Shown: in pieces, positions 1 to 11,354 of the stretch | How positions within the stretch are numbered: position 1 is the stretch's first letter | Layout: every line of letters starts with the position of its first letter | NCBI GenBank assembly: GCA_964490125.1 | Contig: CAZBAJ010000004.1 | Span: 7,662 to 71,661 of the forward strand | DNA: 64,000 bases | Direction: 5' to 3' | From: an uncultured Candidatus Saccharibacteria bacterium | Lineage (GTDB): Bacteria; Patescibacteriota; WWE3; UBA101185; UBA10185 | Position numbers and translations under genes: made by a program | The notes under the pieces: model-generated | The model's database searches: none | What the model saw: the letters and a program-made list of their open reading frames with translations, nothing else | What the model was told of the DNA's origin: nothing

Positions 1-12
1 CCGGGCGCACCA
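1..12 (+). tRNA. 3' end of a tRNA cut by the window edge (possibly Arg)
   Basis: CCGGGCGCACCA is a GC-rich acceptor 3' strand plus discriminator and CCA, followed by a T-rich stretch. CGGGCGC matches common tRNA-Arg acceptor stems. The anticodon is not visible. Confidence 0.5.
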
Positions 13-140
13 TCTTTTTTGTTAGCGTTCAAAAACGGTAAAATTTTGTAATTAGAAATTCTCCCCATCGCGTCAACTTCCGTAGGTTTAACATAATATT
101 ACATATTGCATGGTTTGGTTCGTTGTGCTAACTTGCTTTT

Positions 141-548
141 ATGAGCAGGAAAGTCGTCCATAACCACCCAGAAAATTTTGAAACCATTGTTTTGGAGAAA
201 TTAATTGAGTTTTCTAGCGACATCAAGAGGATAGATGCAAAGTTAGAAGGGCTAGATGAAAAGGTAGGTGGATTAGATGCAAAAGTAGGAGGTTTGGATG
301 AAAAGGTGGGGGGTCTGGGTTCGGAAATGAGAGCGGTTAAGGTACAAGTAGGTGGCTTGACGGAGCGTTTGGATGAAATAGATGCTAGAGGTAAAAAAAC
401 TTACGACATTATGGTGGAGCTTGTCGGCGATTCTAAAGTTGACCGAGAGGAACGCCTGTTTTTAACCCACAGGGTTAGAGATAACGAGGAAAGGCTGGAG
501 GTGGTTGAGTCCGCTCTGGCAATTAAGCCTGCAGCGAGAGCATTTTAA
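141..548 (+). CDS. Small coiled-coil protein, paralogue 1 of 3
   Basis: 135 aa with a heptad pattern and GLDEKVG/GLDAKVG/GLDEKVG repeats. C-terminal REER...RV.D.EERL..VE motif shared with the next two ORFs. Confidence 0.8.
   Translation: MSRKVVHNHPENFETIVLEKLIEFSSDIKRIDAKLEGLDEKVGGLDAKVGGLDEKVGGLGSEMRAVKVQVGGLTERLDEIDARGKKTYDIMVELVGDSKVDREERLFLTHRVRDNEERLEVVESALAIKPAARAF
249..311 (+). repeat. Three in-frame 21-bp tandem repeats (one heptad each)
   Basis: gggctagatgaaaaggtaggt / ggattagatgcaaaagtagga / ggtttggatgaaaaggtgggg. Confidence 0.85.
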
Positions 549-550
549 GT

Positions 551-937
551 ATGTCAATAAAATACAAAGACAAAAATTTGACTGATTCACAAGCTCTTAA
601 GCTGTTGTTGGAGAGAGTAGATACCCACGATAAATGTTTTGAAGTTATTGAAAAACGATTTGAGGGCGTTAGTAAAAGACTTACAGGGATTGATGATAAT
701 TTAACCTCGCTAAACGCTAAAGCATATAAATCTGGTTTAGATTTGGACTATATCAAGGAGCAGGTGCAATCCGTCCCTAAAATTTACAACTTGATGGACA
801 AAATAAGTGGTGGATTTAGGGTTGATCGTGATGAGAGGGTTATTTTAAAAGACCGGGTTGATAATCACGAGGAGCGGTTAGTGACCGTTGAAGTAGCCCT
901 ATCTATTAGTCCGCCACAGAGGGGATTATTATTATGA
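551..937 (+). CDS. Small coiled-coil protein, paralogue 2 of 3
   Basis: 128 aa. C-terminus KIYNLMD...RVDRDERVIL.DRVDNHEERLVTVE aligns with its neighbours. Confidence 0.8.
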   Translation: MSIKYKDKNLTDSQALKLLLERVDTHDKCFEVIEKRFEGVSKRLTGIDDNLTSLNAKAYKSGLDLDYIKEQVQSVPKIYNLMDKISGGFRVDRDERVILKDRVDNHEERLVTVEVALSISPPQRGLLL

Positions 938-1308
938 CAAATAAAGTCGTCCATAACCATCTGGAAAATTTTGAAATATTTGTTTTAGAGAAATTGGTAG
1001 AGTATGAGAAGAATTTTAGAGATATACGAAGCACACTTGCTGATCACGACAGGAATTTTAAGGATATACGGAATATACTTGCGGACCACTCCGTGAAGCT
1101 AGTTAAATTGGAGGAAAAATTAGATGTGCTTGACGATAGGACGGCATTTTTACCAAAGTTGTACGACGCAGTAGATGCGTTTATGAAGGAAATTAAAGAA
1201 AGTCGAGAGGACAGGGTTTTATTGGGTACGCGCGTTGGTGAATGTGAAGACAGGTTGGCGGTTGTGGAGGAGATTTGTGCGATTAAGCCTGCTGGGAGGG
1301 CGTTTTAG
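934..1308 (+). CDS. Small coiled-coil protein, paralogue 3 of 3
   Basis: 124 aa. Shares KVVHNH.ENFE and AIKPA.RAF ends with ORF 141-548. ATGA overlap with the previous gene. Internal 14-aa duplication at nt 1009-1089. Confidence 0.8.
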   Translation: MTNKVVHNHLENFEIFVLEKLVEYEKNFRDIRSTLADHDRNFKDIRNILADHSVKLVKLEEKLDVLDDRTAFLPKLYDAVDAFMKEIKESREDRVLLGTRVGECEDRLAVVEEICAIKPAGRAF

Positions 1309-2331
1309 TTATGACGAGTCATGACGGGCGACTTGCCAGATTTTTTCCACCACATCCTCCACGGTTTTAGCTTCCGAAAACGGGATGTTGCAACCCGCCG
1401 CTACCCTATGTCCGCCGCCACCAAACGATTTTGCTATCCTAAGAACATCGTATTCCATGTTGTGTGAGCGTAAGCTAATCCGCCAGTGCTCGGGAAATGA
1501 CAAATCGGTTTCCAGGACAAATACAAAGTCCACATCTTTAAGGTTTTTTATCGTGTCCGCTGATATTGTGCCGTGCTCCTTTATTCCTTTGGCTTCGACA
1601 TCCTCTTTAAGCAATATGGAATAAGCAAATTTCTTATTGTACTCAACCTTAATATTGGAATACAGAATGCCTTTTACCTTCAGCTCGTCTAGACTCTCAT
1701 TAGAAGTTAGAAAGCGAATAAAATCGATATATCGTCCTCCCTTTTCTACAATGTTGGCGATTATTCTTAATTCTTTAGGTGTTACATTGTCAAGCTGGAG
1801 CAAGCCGGTATCCGTTAATAACGAAGCCAGTAAAAAATCCGCCATTGTGGGATCAATTTCGATACCCCAAATATTAAACAGGTCGTACAACAAACTTCCG
1901 GTTGACGCCCTCTGCTCAACAAAATTTAGTGTTCCGTATAAATTGTTACCAAGGTGATGGTCTATATTTAAAGTTGGTTTGTCTGGTGATTTGTAATCCC
2001 CTGCCTTGGTGTGATGTTCCAAAGTCCCGCTGTCCAAAAATACAACCAAGTCGTACGGAGTGTAATCAAAAGTTTTAAGATCGACATTTTCCTGAATTCG
2101 GCTGGTGTCAAAATATTCTTTTGGCTTTGCTGGAATGTTGTAGCCGTAAATACATGAATGCGGGATTTTTAACTGTTTCAAGGCGTCACTAAAGGATAAA
2201 ACCGATCCCAAAGCGTCGTAGTCAAACCGTGAATCCATAATGATCAAGATATTTTTGGACGACTTTAGTGCTTGTAAAATCGTTTGCGGGGAGTCGTTTT
2301 GTTTTTGTTGCGTTTGTAGGCTGTCGATCAT
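1309..2331 (-). CDS. nrnA: DHH/DHHA1 phosphoesterase (NrnA-like nanoRNase/pAp phosphatase)
   Basis: DYDALGS, LD, IDHH, LLTDTG, ISLRS and GGGGHRVAAG motifs. Confidence 0.85.
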   Translation of the reverse strand: MIDSLQTQQKQNDSPQTILQALKSSKNILIIMDSRFDYDALGSVLSFSDALKQLKIPHSCIYGYNIPAKPKEYFDTSRIQENVDLKTFDYTPYDLVVFLDSGTLEHHTKAGDYKSPDKPTLNIDHHLGNNLYGTLNFVEQRASTGSLLYDLFNIWGIEIDPTMADFLLASLLTDTGLLQLDNVTPKELRIIANIVEKGGRYIDFIRFLTSNESLDELKVKGILYSNIKVEYNKKFAYSILLKEDVEAKGIKEHGTISADTIKNLKDVDFVFVLETDLSFPEHWRISLRSHNMEYDVLRIAKSFGGGGHRVAAGCNIPFSEAKTVEDVVEKIWQVARHDSS

Positions 2332-2340
2332 TTTGATAAA

Positions 2341-5055
2341 TTACTTACCGTTTTCGCTCTCGGACTGACCGTCTTCTTTGTCGTCGTCATTTAAAAAGGC
2401 TATGGAGGATACGGCATCTTTGTCGTCCAGCTTAATAATACGCACGCCTTGAGTTGCGCGACCAAGTGTAGGAATTTTATTAGCGTCAACCCTTATAATA
2501 ATGCCGTTTTGGGTAGAAACCAACATATCATAATTAGGATTTTTCTCTATAAGGCGGACGACGGAAACCTTGCCAACTTTTTCTGTAACCTTGTAGGTAA
2601 GCACTCCGCTACCCGAACGATTTTGTACTTTGTATTCGTCCACAGAAGTTTTTTTGCCATAACCTTTTTCTGTAAGCACCAAAAGGTCGTAATTTTTTAG
2701 ACTTTTGTTTAGGACTTCCATGCCAATGACTTCATCGTTTTGTTTTGCCAGTTTGACGCCGGTGACGCCGGACGCTTGCCTGCCCATTGCTCTAACATCG
2801 GCTTCTTTAAAGCGAATAGATTGACCCTGCGAGGTTACCAGCAGGATTTCATCCGAGCCGGTGGAAAAGTTAACGCGAAGCAGGCTGTCGTCACTACCTA
2901 GATTTAGCGCCATGATACCGTTGGTTCTAATGTTAGAAAATTCCGTTACTGCAGTTTTTTTAACAATTCCTTTAGTGGTGGCAAAAACAATATAGCCGGT
3001 GCCTGCGTTTAAAGTTTCTTCGTCCACGGTTAAAAAGGCTTCTACTGTTTCATCTTGCGCCACCGACAAAAAGTTAGCCAGTGAAGTTCCCCTGGCGGTC
3101 CGTTGGACTTCTGGAATTTCCCAAACGCGCATTTTGTAAACCTTGCCCTTGCTGGTGAACAATAATGCGTAGTCGTGAGTATTACAGGTGCGGATTGTAG
3201 TTACGACATCATCTTCTTTTAACGATTGACCGGAAACTCCGCGCCCTCCCCTACCCTGCTTGCGGTAAGTATCTTTTTTCATGCGTTTAATGTAGCCACT
3301 TTGGGAAATAGTGACGATGCAAAGTTCTTCTGGCACAAGGTCTTCCTCGTTTAATTCTCCTACGTCACCTTTTACGATTTTGGTTTTTCTGGGATCTTGG
3401 TACTTTTCTGCAAGTCCCGCGAGTTCTTCTCTAACCTTGGCTAAAATCTTTTCCGGTGAGTATAAAAGTTGCTCGTAATTTTTAATTGTTTTAATAATTT
3501 CCTCAAGTTCGTCTTCTATCTTTTTGCGCTCGAGCGCCGCAAGTTTGCGGAGCTGCATGTCCAAGATTGCCTGGGCCTGAAGTTCCGAAAGTCCAAATTT
3601 TTCCATTAAGCCTGTCTTGGCTGTTTCCGCGTCTTTGCTGGCTCTAATAAGTTTAATGACTTCGTCCAAATGATCAAGGGCAATTTTTAACCCGAGTAAA
3701 ATATGTTCCCGTTCCTTAGCCTTTTTGAGTAAATAAAGTGTTCTACGCACCACAATTTTTTGTCTATGAATAATAAATTCCTCCAAAATCTGTTTTAAGG
3801 TCATAAGCTTGGGTTCGTTATCTAACAGAGCTACCATATTGGCATTAAAAGTGGACTGTAAAGCGGTGTATTTAAAAAGCTGGTTTAGGACTTTTTGGGG
3901 AATCGCGTCGCGCTTAAGTTCTATTACAATTCGCATGCCTTCGCGGTTAGATTCGTCGCGCAGGTCGTAAATGCCTACTATTTTTTTGTCGCGCACCAAG
4001 TCCGCAATTTTTTCTACCAGCGTAGCTTTGTTGATTTGATAAGGAATTTCTGTGACGATAATTTTTGTTTTGCCTGCTTTATCCTCCTCAATTTCTGTTT
4101 TTGCCCTAGTGACTACCCTACCCCGTCCTGTTGCGTACATTTGGACCATTTCTTTGTGACCGTAAATAATGCCACCGGTGGGAAAATCGGGACCTTTAAT
4201 AATTTTGACTAGGTCTTCTGTCGTGGCGCTACTAGAAAAAGCCGTGTCAGCAACTTTAGTTTCTTTATTTTCCTTGCCGATTTCGTCCGGATTGTCAACC
4301 ATGTACAAAAGTCCCGCAATTACCTCACCTATATTGTGAGGTGGAATATTTGTTGCCATACCAACCGCAATGCCAGAGGAGCCATTTAATAAAATGTTTG
4401 GTAAGAGCGACGGCAGAATGACAGGTTCGTAATTTTGAAGGTCGTTAAGGGCAAAGTCAACGGTATTTTTGTCTATATCGGTATAAAGTTGCTCCGAAAT
4501 TGCAGAAAGTTTACACTCCGTATACCTCTGCGCGGCGGGCGGATCGCCGTCAATGGAACCAAAATTTCCTTGGGGAGAAATTAGCGGGTAACGCAAAGAA
4601 AAATCCTGACCCATGCGGACTAAAGAGTCGTACACCGCAATATCTCCGTGCGGATGATACTTTTTAAGCACTTCCCCCACAACGGCGGCGCATTTATAAA
4701 ACTTGCTAGAGTGGGTAATGCCCGTGTCGTACATGGCATAAATAATGCGCCTATGCACTGGTTTTAGACCGTCGCGGACATCAGGCAGGGCGCGGGAAAC
4801 AATAACGCTCATGGCGTAGTCCAGGTACGACTTTTGCATTTCTTGCGTAATTTCTGCCTTGACTATGCCTCTGGGAAGTTCCGGTTCGGTTTGTACGACA
4901 TCGGTTTCTGTCTGATTTACGCTTGGCTGTCCTGCTGATCCGCTGACGCCCTCATCCCCGGCTTCGGCCAGTTGTTCTGCTGTTTCAACGCGTTTAGCTT
5001 TTTCTCCACTTTTCTCTTCAGTCGAACCAACTTTTTTAGTGTCTTTTGTCGCCAT
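2341..5055 (-). CDS. gyrA: DNA gyrase subunit A
   Basis: [29 protein letters not shown] (catalytic Tyr), GyrA-box QGRGGRG, C-terminal pinwheel repeats. Confidence 0.97.
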   Translation of the reverse strand: MATKDTKKVGSTEEKSGEKAKRVETAEQLAEAGDEGVSGSAGQPSVNQTETDVVQTEPELPRGIVKAEITQEMQKSYLDYAMSVIVSRALPDVRDGLKPVHRRIIYAMYDTGITHSSKFYKCAAVVGEVLKKYHPHGDIAVYDSLVRMGQDFSLRYPLISPQGNFGSIDGDPPAAQRYTECKLSAISEQLYTDIDKNTVDFALNDLQNYEPVILPSLLPNILLNGSSGIAVGMATNIPPHNIGEVIAGLLYMVDNPDEIGKENKETKVADTAFSSSATTEDLVKIIKGPDFPTGGIIYGHKEMVQMYATGRGRVVTRAKTEIEEDKAGKTKIIVTEIPYQINKATLVEKIADLVRDKKIVGIYDLRDESNREGMRIVIELKRDAIPQKVLNQLFKYTALQSTFNANMVALLDNEPKLMTLKQILEEFIIHRQKIVVRRTLYLLKKAKEREHILLGLKIALDHLDEVIKLIRASKDAETAKTGLMEKFGLSELQAQAILDMQLRKLAALERKKIEDELEEIIKTIKNYEQLLYSPEKILAKVREELAGLAEKYQDPRKTKIVKGDVGELNEEDLVPEELCIVTISQSGYIKRMKKDTYRKQGRGGRGVSGQSLKEDDVVTTIRTCNTHDYALLFTSKGKVYKMRVWEIPEVQRTARGTSLANFLSVAQDETVEAFLTVDEETLNAGTGYIVFATTKGIVKKTAVTEFSNIRTNGIMALNLGSDDSLLRVNFSTGSDEILLVTSQGQSIRFKEADVRAMGRQASGVTGVKLAKQNDEVIGMEVLNKSLKNYDLLVLTEKGYGKKTSVDEYKVQNRSGSGVLTYKVTEKVGKVSVVRLIEKNPNYDMLVSTQNGIIIRVDANKIPTLGRATQGVRIIKLDDKDAVSSIAFLNDDDKEDGQSESENGK

Positions 5056-5076
5056 AACCTAGCTATCTTATCAGCT

Positions 5077-7104
5077 TTACATGCTTGCGACAAGTACAGG
5101 AGCTATCAAAAGCGCCACAATTTGGACGATCTTCATCATGGGATTAAGCGCAGGACCTGCGGTGTCTTTTAACGGGTCGCCCACGGTGTCGCCAACCACG
5201 GCAGCTTTGTGAGTCTCGCTACCCTTACCTCCAAAGTTACCGTCCTCTACATATTTTTTAGCGTTATCCCAAGCTCCACCTGTGTTGCACATAAAAAATG
5301 CCATCAAAAGTCCGACAACAACAGAACCTGCCAAGAACCCACCCAATGCCTCTACGCCTAAAAATCCAACAACTACGGGTGATAACACTACAATGGCCGC
5401 CGGAATAACCAATTCTTTTTGGGCGGCCAAGGTCACGATTTCTACTGCTTTAGAGTAATCCGGCAAGGCTTTTCCTTCCATAATGCCAGGAATTTCCTTA
5501 AATTGTCGTCTGACTTCTTCTACTACCGCAAAGGCTGCCCGTCCAACTGAACCAATAAGTCGCGAGCTAAATAAAAACGGCAGCGACCCGCCTAAAAGCA
5601 CGCCAACAAAAACTATCGGTTGGGCAATATCTATGGCAGATAAACCTGTGACTTCAAAATAGGTGGCGAATAGAGAGCTGGCTGCAACAGCTGCCGAACC
5701 TACTGCAAAACCCTTGGTTAAAGCTTTGGTAGTGTTACCAACCGCATCTAAACTGCCCGTAACTTTGGCGGCTTTGTCGGAAAGTCCGCACATTTCCACA
5801 AGACCTTGGGCGTTATCGGAAATAGGTCCAAAAGTATCTAACGCCATAATAATTCCCGTGGTAGCAAGCATGCCCATGCCCGCCAGTGAAATACCGTAAA
5901 AGCCTAATAAGGCGTAGCCGGCGTAAATGGTAGCGCAGACGACCAAAACGGAATAAAAAGTTGATTCCATGCCGTAACCAAGACCGGAAATAATATTTGT
6001 ACCTGCCCCGGTTTGGGACGATTTAGAAATACCTACAACAGGTTTTTCTCCAGGTCCGGTGTAGTACTTGGTAATAAATAAAAGCGCAATCATGGCGACA
6101 ATACCGCTAACGGCGGCAAGTCCGGCTTTAGGTTCGCCAAGCAAGTAAATTCCAAGTAACATGAAAATGACTACGGCAGAAACTGCCGACACGCCAAAAC
6201 CTCTAATTAAGGGATTAAGCGGATTTTCGTCTTCACTTTTGGCCTTAACAAAGAATGTACCTAAAATAGAAGTAAGTACCGCGCCGGATCTTGCCAAGAG
6301 CGGGAAAACCACGCCTTTAAGACCAAACATCTGTCCCCCTAAAATCATGGCTGCAACAATAGTAAGCGCGTACGACTCAAAAACATCAGCAGCCATACCG
6401 GCGCAGTCGCCTACATTGTCGCCCACATTATCCGCAATGGTAGCGGGATTTCTCTTGTCGTCCTCCGGGATACCTGCCTCTACTTTACCAACTAAATCCG
6501 CGCCAACATCCGCAGCTTTGGTAAAAATTCCCCCGCCGACTCTCATAAACAGGGCTAAAAGAGCGGCCCCAAATCCGTAACCTACCAAAACGGTGGTGGC
6601 ATAGTGGGCAACTGCCTCCGGTCCCTGTGAGATATAAGTAAAGTAAGAGTACATGTAAATTACCGACACGCCCAAAAGTCCTAGTCCAACAACTAACATG
6701 CCGTTTACCGTACCTGCGCCAAAAGCGGTTTTTAGTGCTGGATTTAGACCCTTTAGCGCGTTTTCCGCTGTTCTAACATTTGCCTTTACTGCAATCCACA
6801 TACCAAAGTAACCTATAACGCCACTAAAAATGGCTCCCATTAAAAAGGTTACGGCGGTGCCCAAGCTTAAAGCAAGAGCAATAACCGTAGCAAGAATAAC
6901 CATTATGGGAATAACAATAGAGAACTGTTTTCTTAAATATGCCATTGCACCATCACTTATGGCTTTGCCCACGCTGGCAAGTTCCGCGTTTTCTACTTTT
7001 TGGGCGGTAATTTTTTTAGAAAGAAAGAATCCGTAGGCTAGGGCTATTAAAGCCGTAATTGGAGCCCCGTACAACGCTATTAATTGAATGTCTATTGTTC
7101 CCAT
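5077..7104 (-). CDS. hppA: Membrane-bound pyrophosphatase, probably K+-independent H+-pumping
   Basis: GGGIFTKAADVGADLVGKVE, DNVGDNVGD, GNTTKA (Lys at the K+-dependence position), GDTVGDPLKD. Confidence 0.95.
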   Translation of the reverse strand: MGTIDIQLIALYGAPITALIALAYGFFLSKKITAQKVENAELASVGKAISDGAMAYLRKQFSIVIPIMVILATVIALALSLGTAVTFLMGAIFSGVIGYFGMWIAVKANVRTAENALKGLNPALKTAFGAGTVNGMLVVGLGLLGVSVIYMYSYFTYISQGPEAVAHYATTVLVGYGFGAALLALFMRVGGGIFTKAADVGADLVGKVEAGIPEDDKRNPATIADNVGDNVGDCAGMAADVFESYALTIVAAMILGGQMFGLKGVVFPLLARSGAVLTSILGTFFVKAKSEDENPLNPLIRGFGVSAVSAVVIFMLLGIYLLGEPKAGLAAVSGIVAMIALLFITKYYTGPGEKPVVGISKSSQTGAGTNIISGLGYGMESTFYSVLVVCATIYAGYALLGFYGISLAGMGMLATTGIIMALDTFGPISDNAQGLVEMCGLSDKAAKVTGSLDAVGNTTKALTKGFAVGSAAVAASSLFATYFEVTGLSAIDIAQPIVFVGVLLGGSLPFLFSSRLIGSVGRAAFAVVEEVRRQFKEIPGIMEGKALPDYSKAVEIVTLAAQKELVIPAAIVVLSPVVVGFLGVEALGGFLAGSVVVGLLMAFFMCNTGGAWDNAKKYVEDGNFGGKGSETHKAAVVGDTVGDPLKDTAGPALNPMMKIVQIVALLIAPVLVASM

Positions 7105-7168
7105 TTTCCTCCTTTGGTAAATTGGTCAAATTAGTATGTGGGTAAAATAGCAGGTTTTTGAGATTAAA

Positions 7169-7438
7169 TCAAGACTTGGCAGGTTGGGCTGATTTTTTAA
7201 GTTTTTGCATATGGGCGACCTTCTTTTTGGCAAGTTCTAACTTTTGGAATTCCCAAAGGATTCTGGCTATCTGCGCATCCACAAATTGGATTTTTCGTTC
7301 GACATTAATATAGGCGGAGTTCTCCCGTAGATCGTTGTTTTCTTGGGCATACGCCCCAAGTTCAGAAATCAGGTCGTCCCGCTTACTTCTCAAAGTCGAC
7401 AATTCGTTCCTTAGTTCCTCTTGTTGTTCTGGCGTCAT
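7169..7438 (-). CDS. GreA N-terminal coiled-coil-only protein (89 aa)
   Basis: MTPEQQEELRNEL...NDLRENSAY matches the GreA N-terminus (GDLSENAEY). No C-terminal domain. Promoter TTGACG-18-TACAAA ends 6 nt before ATG 7438. Confidence 0.7.
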   Translation of the reverse strand: MTPEQQEELRNELSTLRSKRDDLISELGAYAQENNDLRENSAYINVERKIQFVDAQIARILWEFQKLELAKKKVAHMQKLKKSAQPAKS

Positions 7439-7571
7439 GGGGAGTTTGTACCAATAAATTTGACATTGCGTCAAGATGGGGGTACATTTGTATCGTTGGA
7501 GGTTGAGCAATCAGCCTTAGGAAATTCCCACAAATTCTTACTAAGTCGGACACCGGGTAATGTTTATCAAA

Positions 7572-7751
7572 CTAGATTTTTCTATCTTTGGAATTTTCTT
7601 TTCTTAACATTGTCATTGCCTTTGCCACATCATGATCAAGTTCTTTGGAAGGTACGCCACGGTTGTGTTTCCGAGTTTCGCTTAAAATTACAAATAGTAA
7701 CTCCTTTGACGAGTTTTTCCGTCCCTTTATATTATAGGTGATCCTTTTCAT
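7572..7751 (-). CDS. Small basic hypothetical protein (59 aa, not in the ORF track)
   Basis: ATG..TAG frame MKRITYNIKGRKNSSKELLFVILSETRKHNRGVPSKELDHDVAKAMTMLRKENSKDRKI fills the gap and is co-oriented with its neighbours. Confidence 0.5.
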   Translation of the reverse strand: MKRITYNIKGRKNSSKELLFVILSETRKHNRGVPSKELDHDVAKAMTMLRKENSKDRKI

Positions 7752-7808
7752 GCTGTCGATTGTAGTAAACGCTTTAAGTGTTCACTATAGATTAGGTCAA
7801 ACCAAATC

Positions 7809-8315
7809 TTAATTTTCCGAAGAGACATCCCATTCGTCTGGTATGGGTGGGAATATAAACTCAGAACCGTCGTGTTCCGGAATATGTCCATCCCAGGGGT
7901 CGAATTTTAGTACTGTCATTTTTATTTCTTTCGGACCGGTTTCTACTGTTAAGCACCAGTCGGGGAATTCTTGATGTTTGTCGCCTTTTCTTATTACTGA
8001 AGTTAGAGAAGTTCCATCCTCTTTTTTTATGAGGTGTGCTGAAAAATAAACACCGGACTCTTCAACAACAAATCCACTAGTTTCATCGGCGTAAGAGTGA
8101 AATTCCCAAGCTGTTTGTCCCGCCAACTCTTGCAACATGTCGGTTAGATCTCTAAGTGATGCTTCTTTTCTAGCACCTTCCACCTTATTGGTTACAGGGG
8201 ATTCACCATCAATGAGCTGTTCGAAAGTATATTCAAGTGGAATGAAGACCCCAATTCTTGCATCTACTTCCTCACCGCTCCGCGCCTCTAAATAATTAGG
8301 AAAACTTGGTGTCAT
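7809..8315 (-). CDS. Acidic hypothetical protein
   Basis: 168-aa ORF with AAGGA SD-like site upstream; no recognised motif. Confidence 0.65.
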   Translation of the reverse strand: MTPSFPNYLEARSGEEVDARIGVFIPLEYTFEQLIDGESPVTNKVEGARKEASLRDLTDMLQELAGQTAWEFHSYADETSGFVVEESGVYFSAHLIKKEDGTSLTSVIRKGDKHQEFPDWCLTVETGPKEIKMTVLKFDPWDGHIPEHDGSEFIFPPIPDEWDVSSEN

Positions 8316-8366
8316 TTTCGGTCCTTTCTTAACTGATTACTGATAATATTTAGTATGCTTTGGAAG

Positions 8367-10358
<1,992 letters not shown>

Positions 10359-10452
10359 TTAAGAAATAACAAGCTATTCTATAACATCATCGTGGATTTA
10401 TATAGTCTCCTATTTTCTACATGCGTCATACCCATAGTGATATTATTATATC

Positions 10453-11250
10453 ATGCTTGGTTCGGTTTTAATTTTAGGGGGCGACAAAAAAGAGCGACTT
10501 AAAAAGGCGTGGGAATTGTTGGCGGAACATGGGTTCAAAGGCGACAATAAAGACACGGTCGATCCGGATTTGCTGATTATTCAACGGGAAGAAGGTAAAA
10601 AATCCGTAGGAATTACCCAAGCGCGGGAGGTTAAGGACTTTTTACGGGAGCGACCTTTGCGCAGGAAGGCCAAAGCCATCTTGGTGGAAGATGCCCAGGC
10701 TTTTACAGACGATGCCCAAGGGAGTCTCCTTAAAATTTTGGAAGAACCGCCTGTTTTTGGCTTAATTATTCTGCTTGCCGACAAAGAAGGCGCGCTTTTG
10801 CCTACAGTGGTTTCCAGGTGTCAAAGGATTGTTGTTTCACAGGGAAGGTTCGATTTGGAAAATCGGAAAAGTACCAGAAAGGGTACCAAGGGAACGGCTG
10901 AAGAAGACGGTCAAGGCGATGTTAAAAGCGACAGCGAGATTGACGACGCAGATAAAAGCGATCAAAAGGATCTGAATAAAGGACGAACGGCATCTATCAG
11001 CCCGACAAAGTCGCGCTTTAATCTGTCGTCCTACAGTTACGAAGAACTTTTTGACTTAGCTAAAGACTTATCCGCAAAAGGCAAGGAGGAGGCACTTAAC
11101 TTTTTGGAGCAGGTTTTGCGGGAGGATATTAAAAATAACGCGCCCCTACCCGTCGTCCAGAAAATGGAGAAAGCGTTAAAAGACCTAAAAGAGGCTAATG
11201 TTGCACTAAAGTATGCCTTGGAACACCTTTTTTTACTGCATTGCAAATGA
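10453..11250 (+). CDS. holB: DNA polymerase III delta-prime-like subunit
   Basis: AQGSLLKILEEPP and LLPTVVSRC motifs; charged low-complexity insertion in the middle. Confidence 0.8.
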   Translation: MLGSVLILGGDKKERLKKAWELLAEHGFKGDNKDTVDPDLLIIQREEGKKSVGITQAREVKDFLRERPLRRKAKAILVEDAQAFTDDAQGSLLKILEEPPVFGLIILLADKEGALLPTVVSRCQRIVVSQGRFDLENRKSTRKGTKGTAEEDGQGDVKSDSEIDDADKSDQKDLNKGRTASISPTKSRFNLSSYSYEELFDLAKDLSAKGKEEALNFLEQVLREDIKNNAPLPVVQKMEKALKDLKEANVALKYALEHLFLLHCK

Positions 11251-11264
11251 ATTGCATTTGCAAT
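11240..11264. promoter_or_regulatory. Perfect 10-bp inverted repeat upstream of the pilus operon
   Basis: ATTGCAAATG-aattg-CATTTGCAAT. Confidence 0.4.
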
Positions 11265-11354
11265 CTAAGTGCAATACGCAAAAATTTGGTATTTGGGGAA
11301 TATGCTGGCTTTGATTGAAATCCAATTAAATGTGTTACTATTTAACTACTGCCT

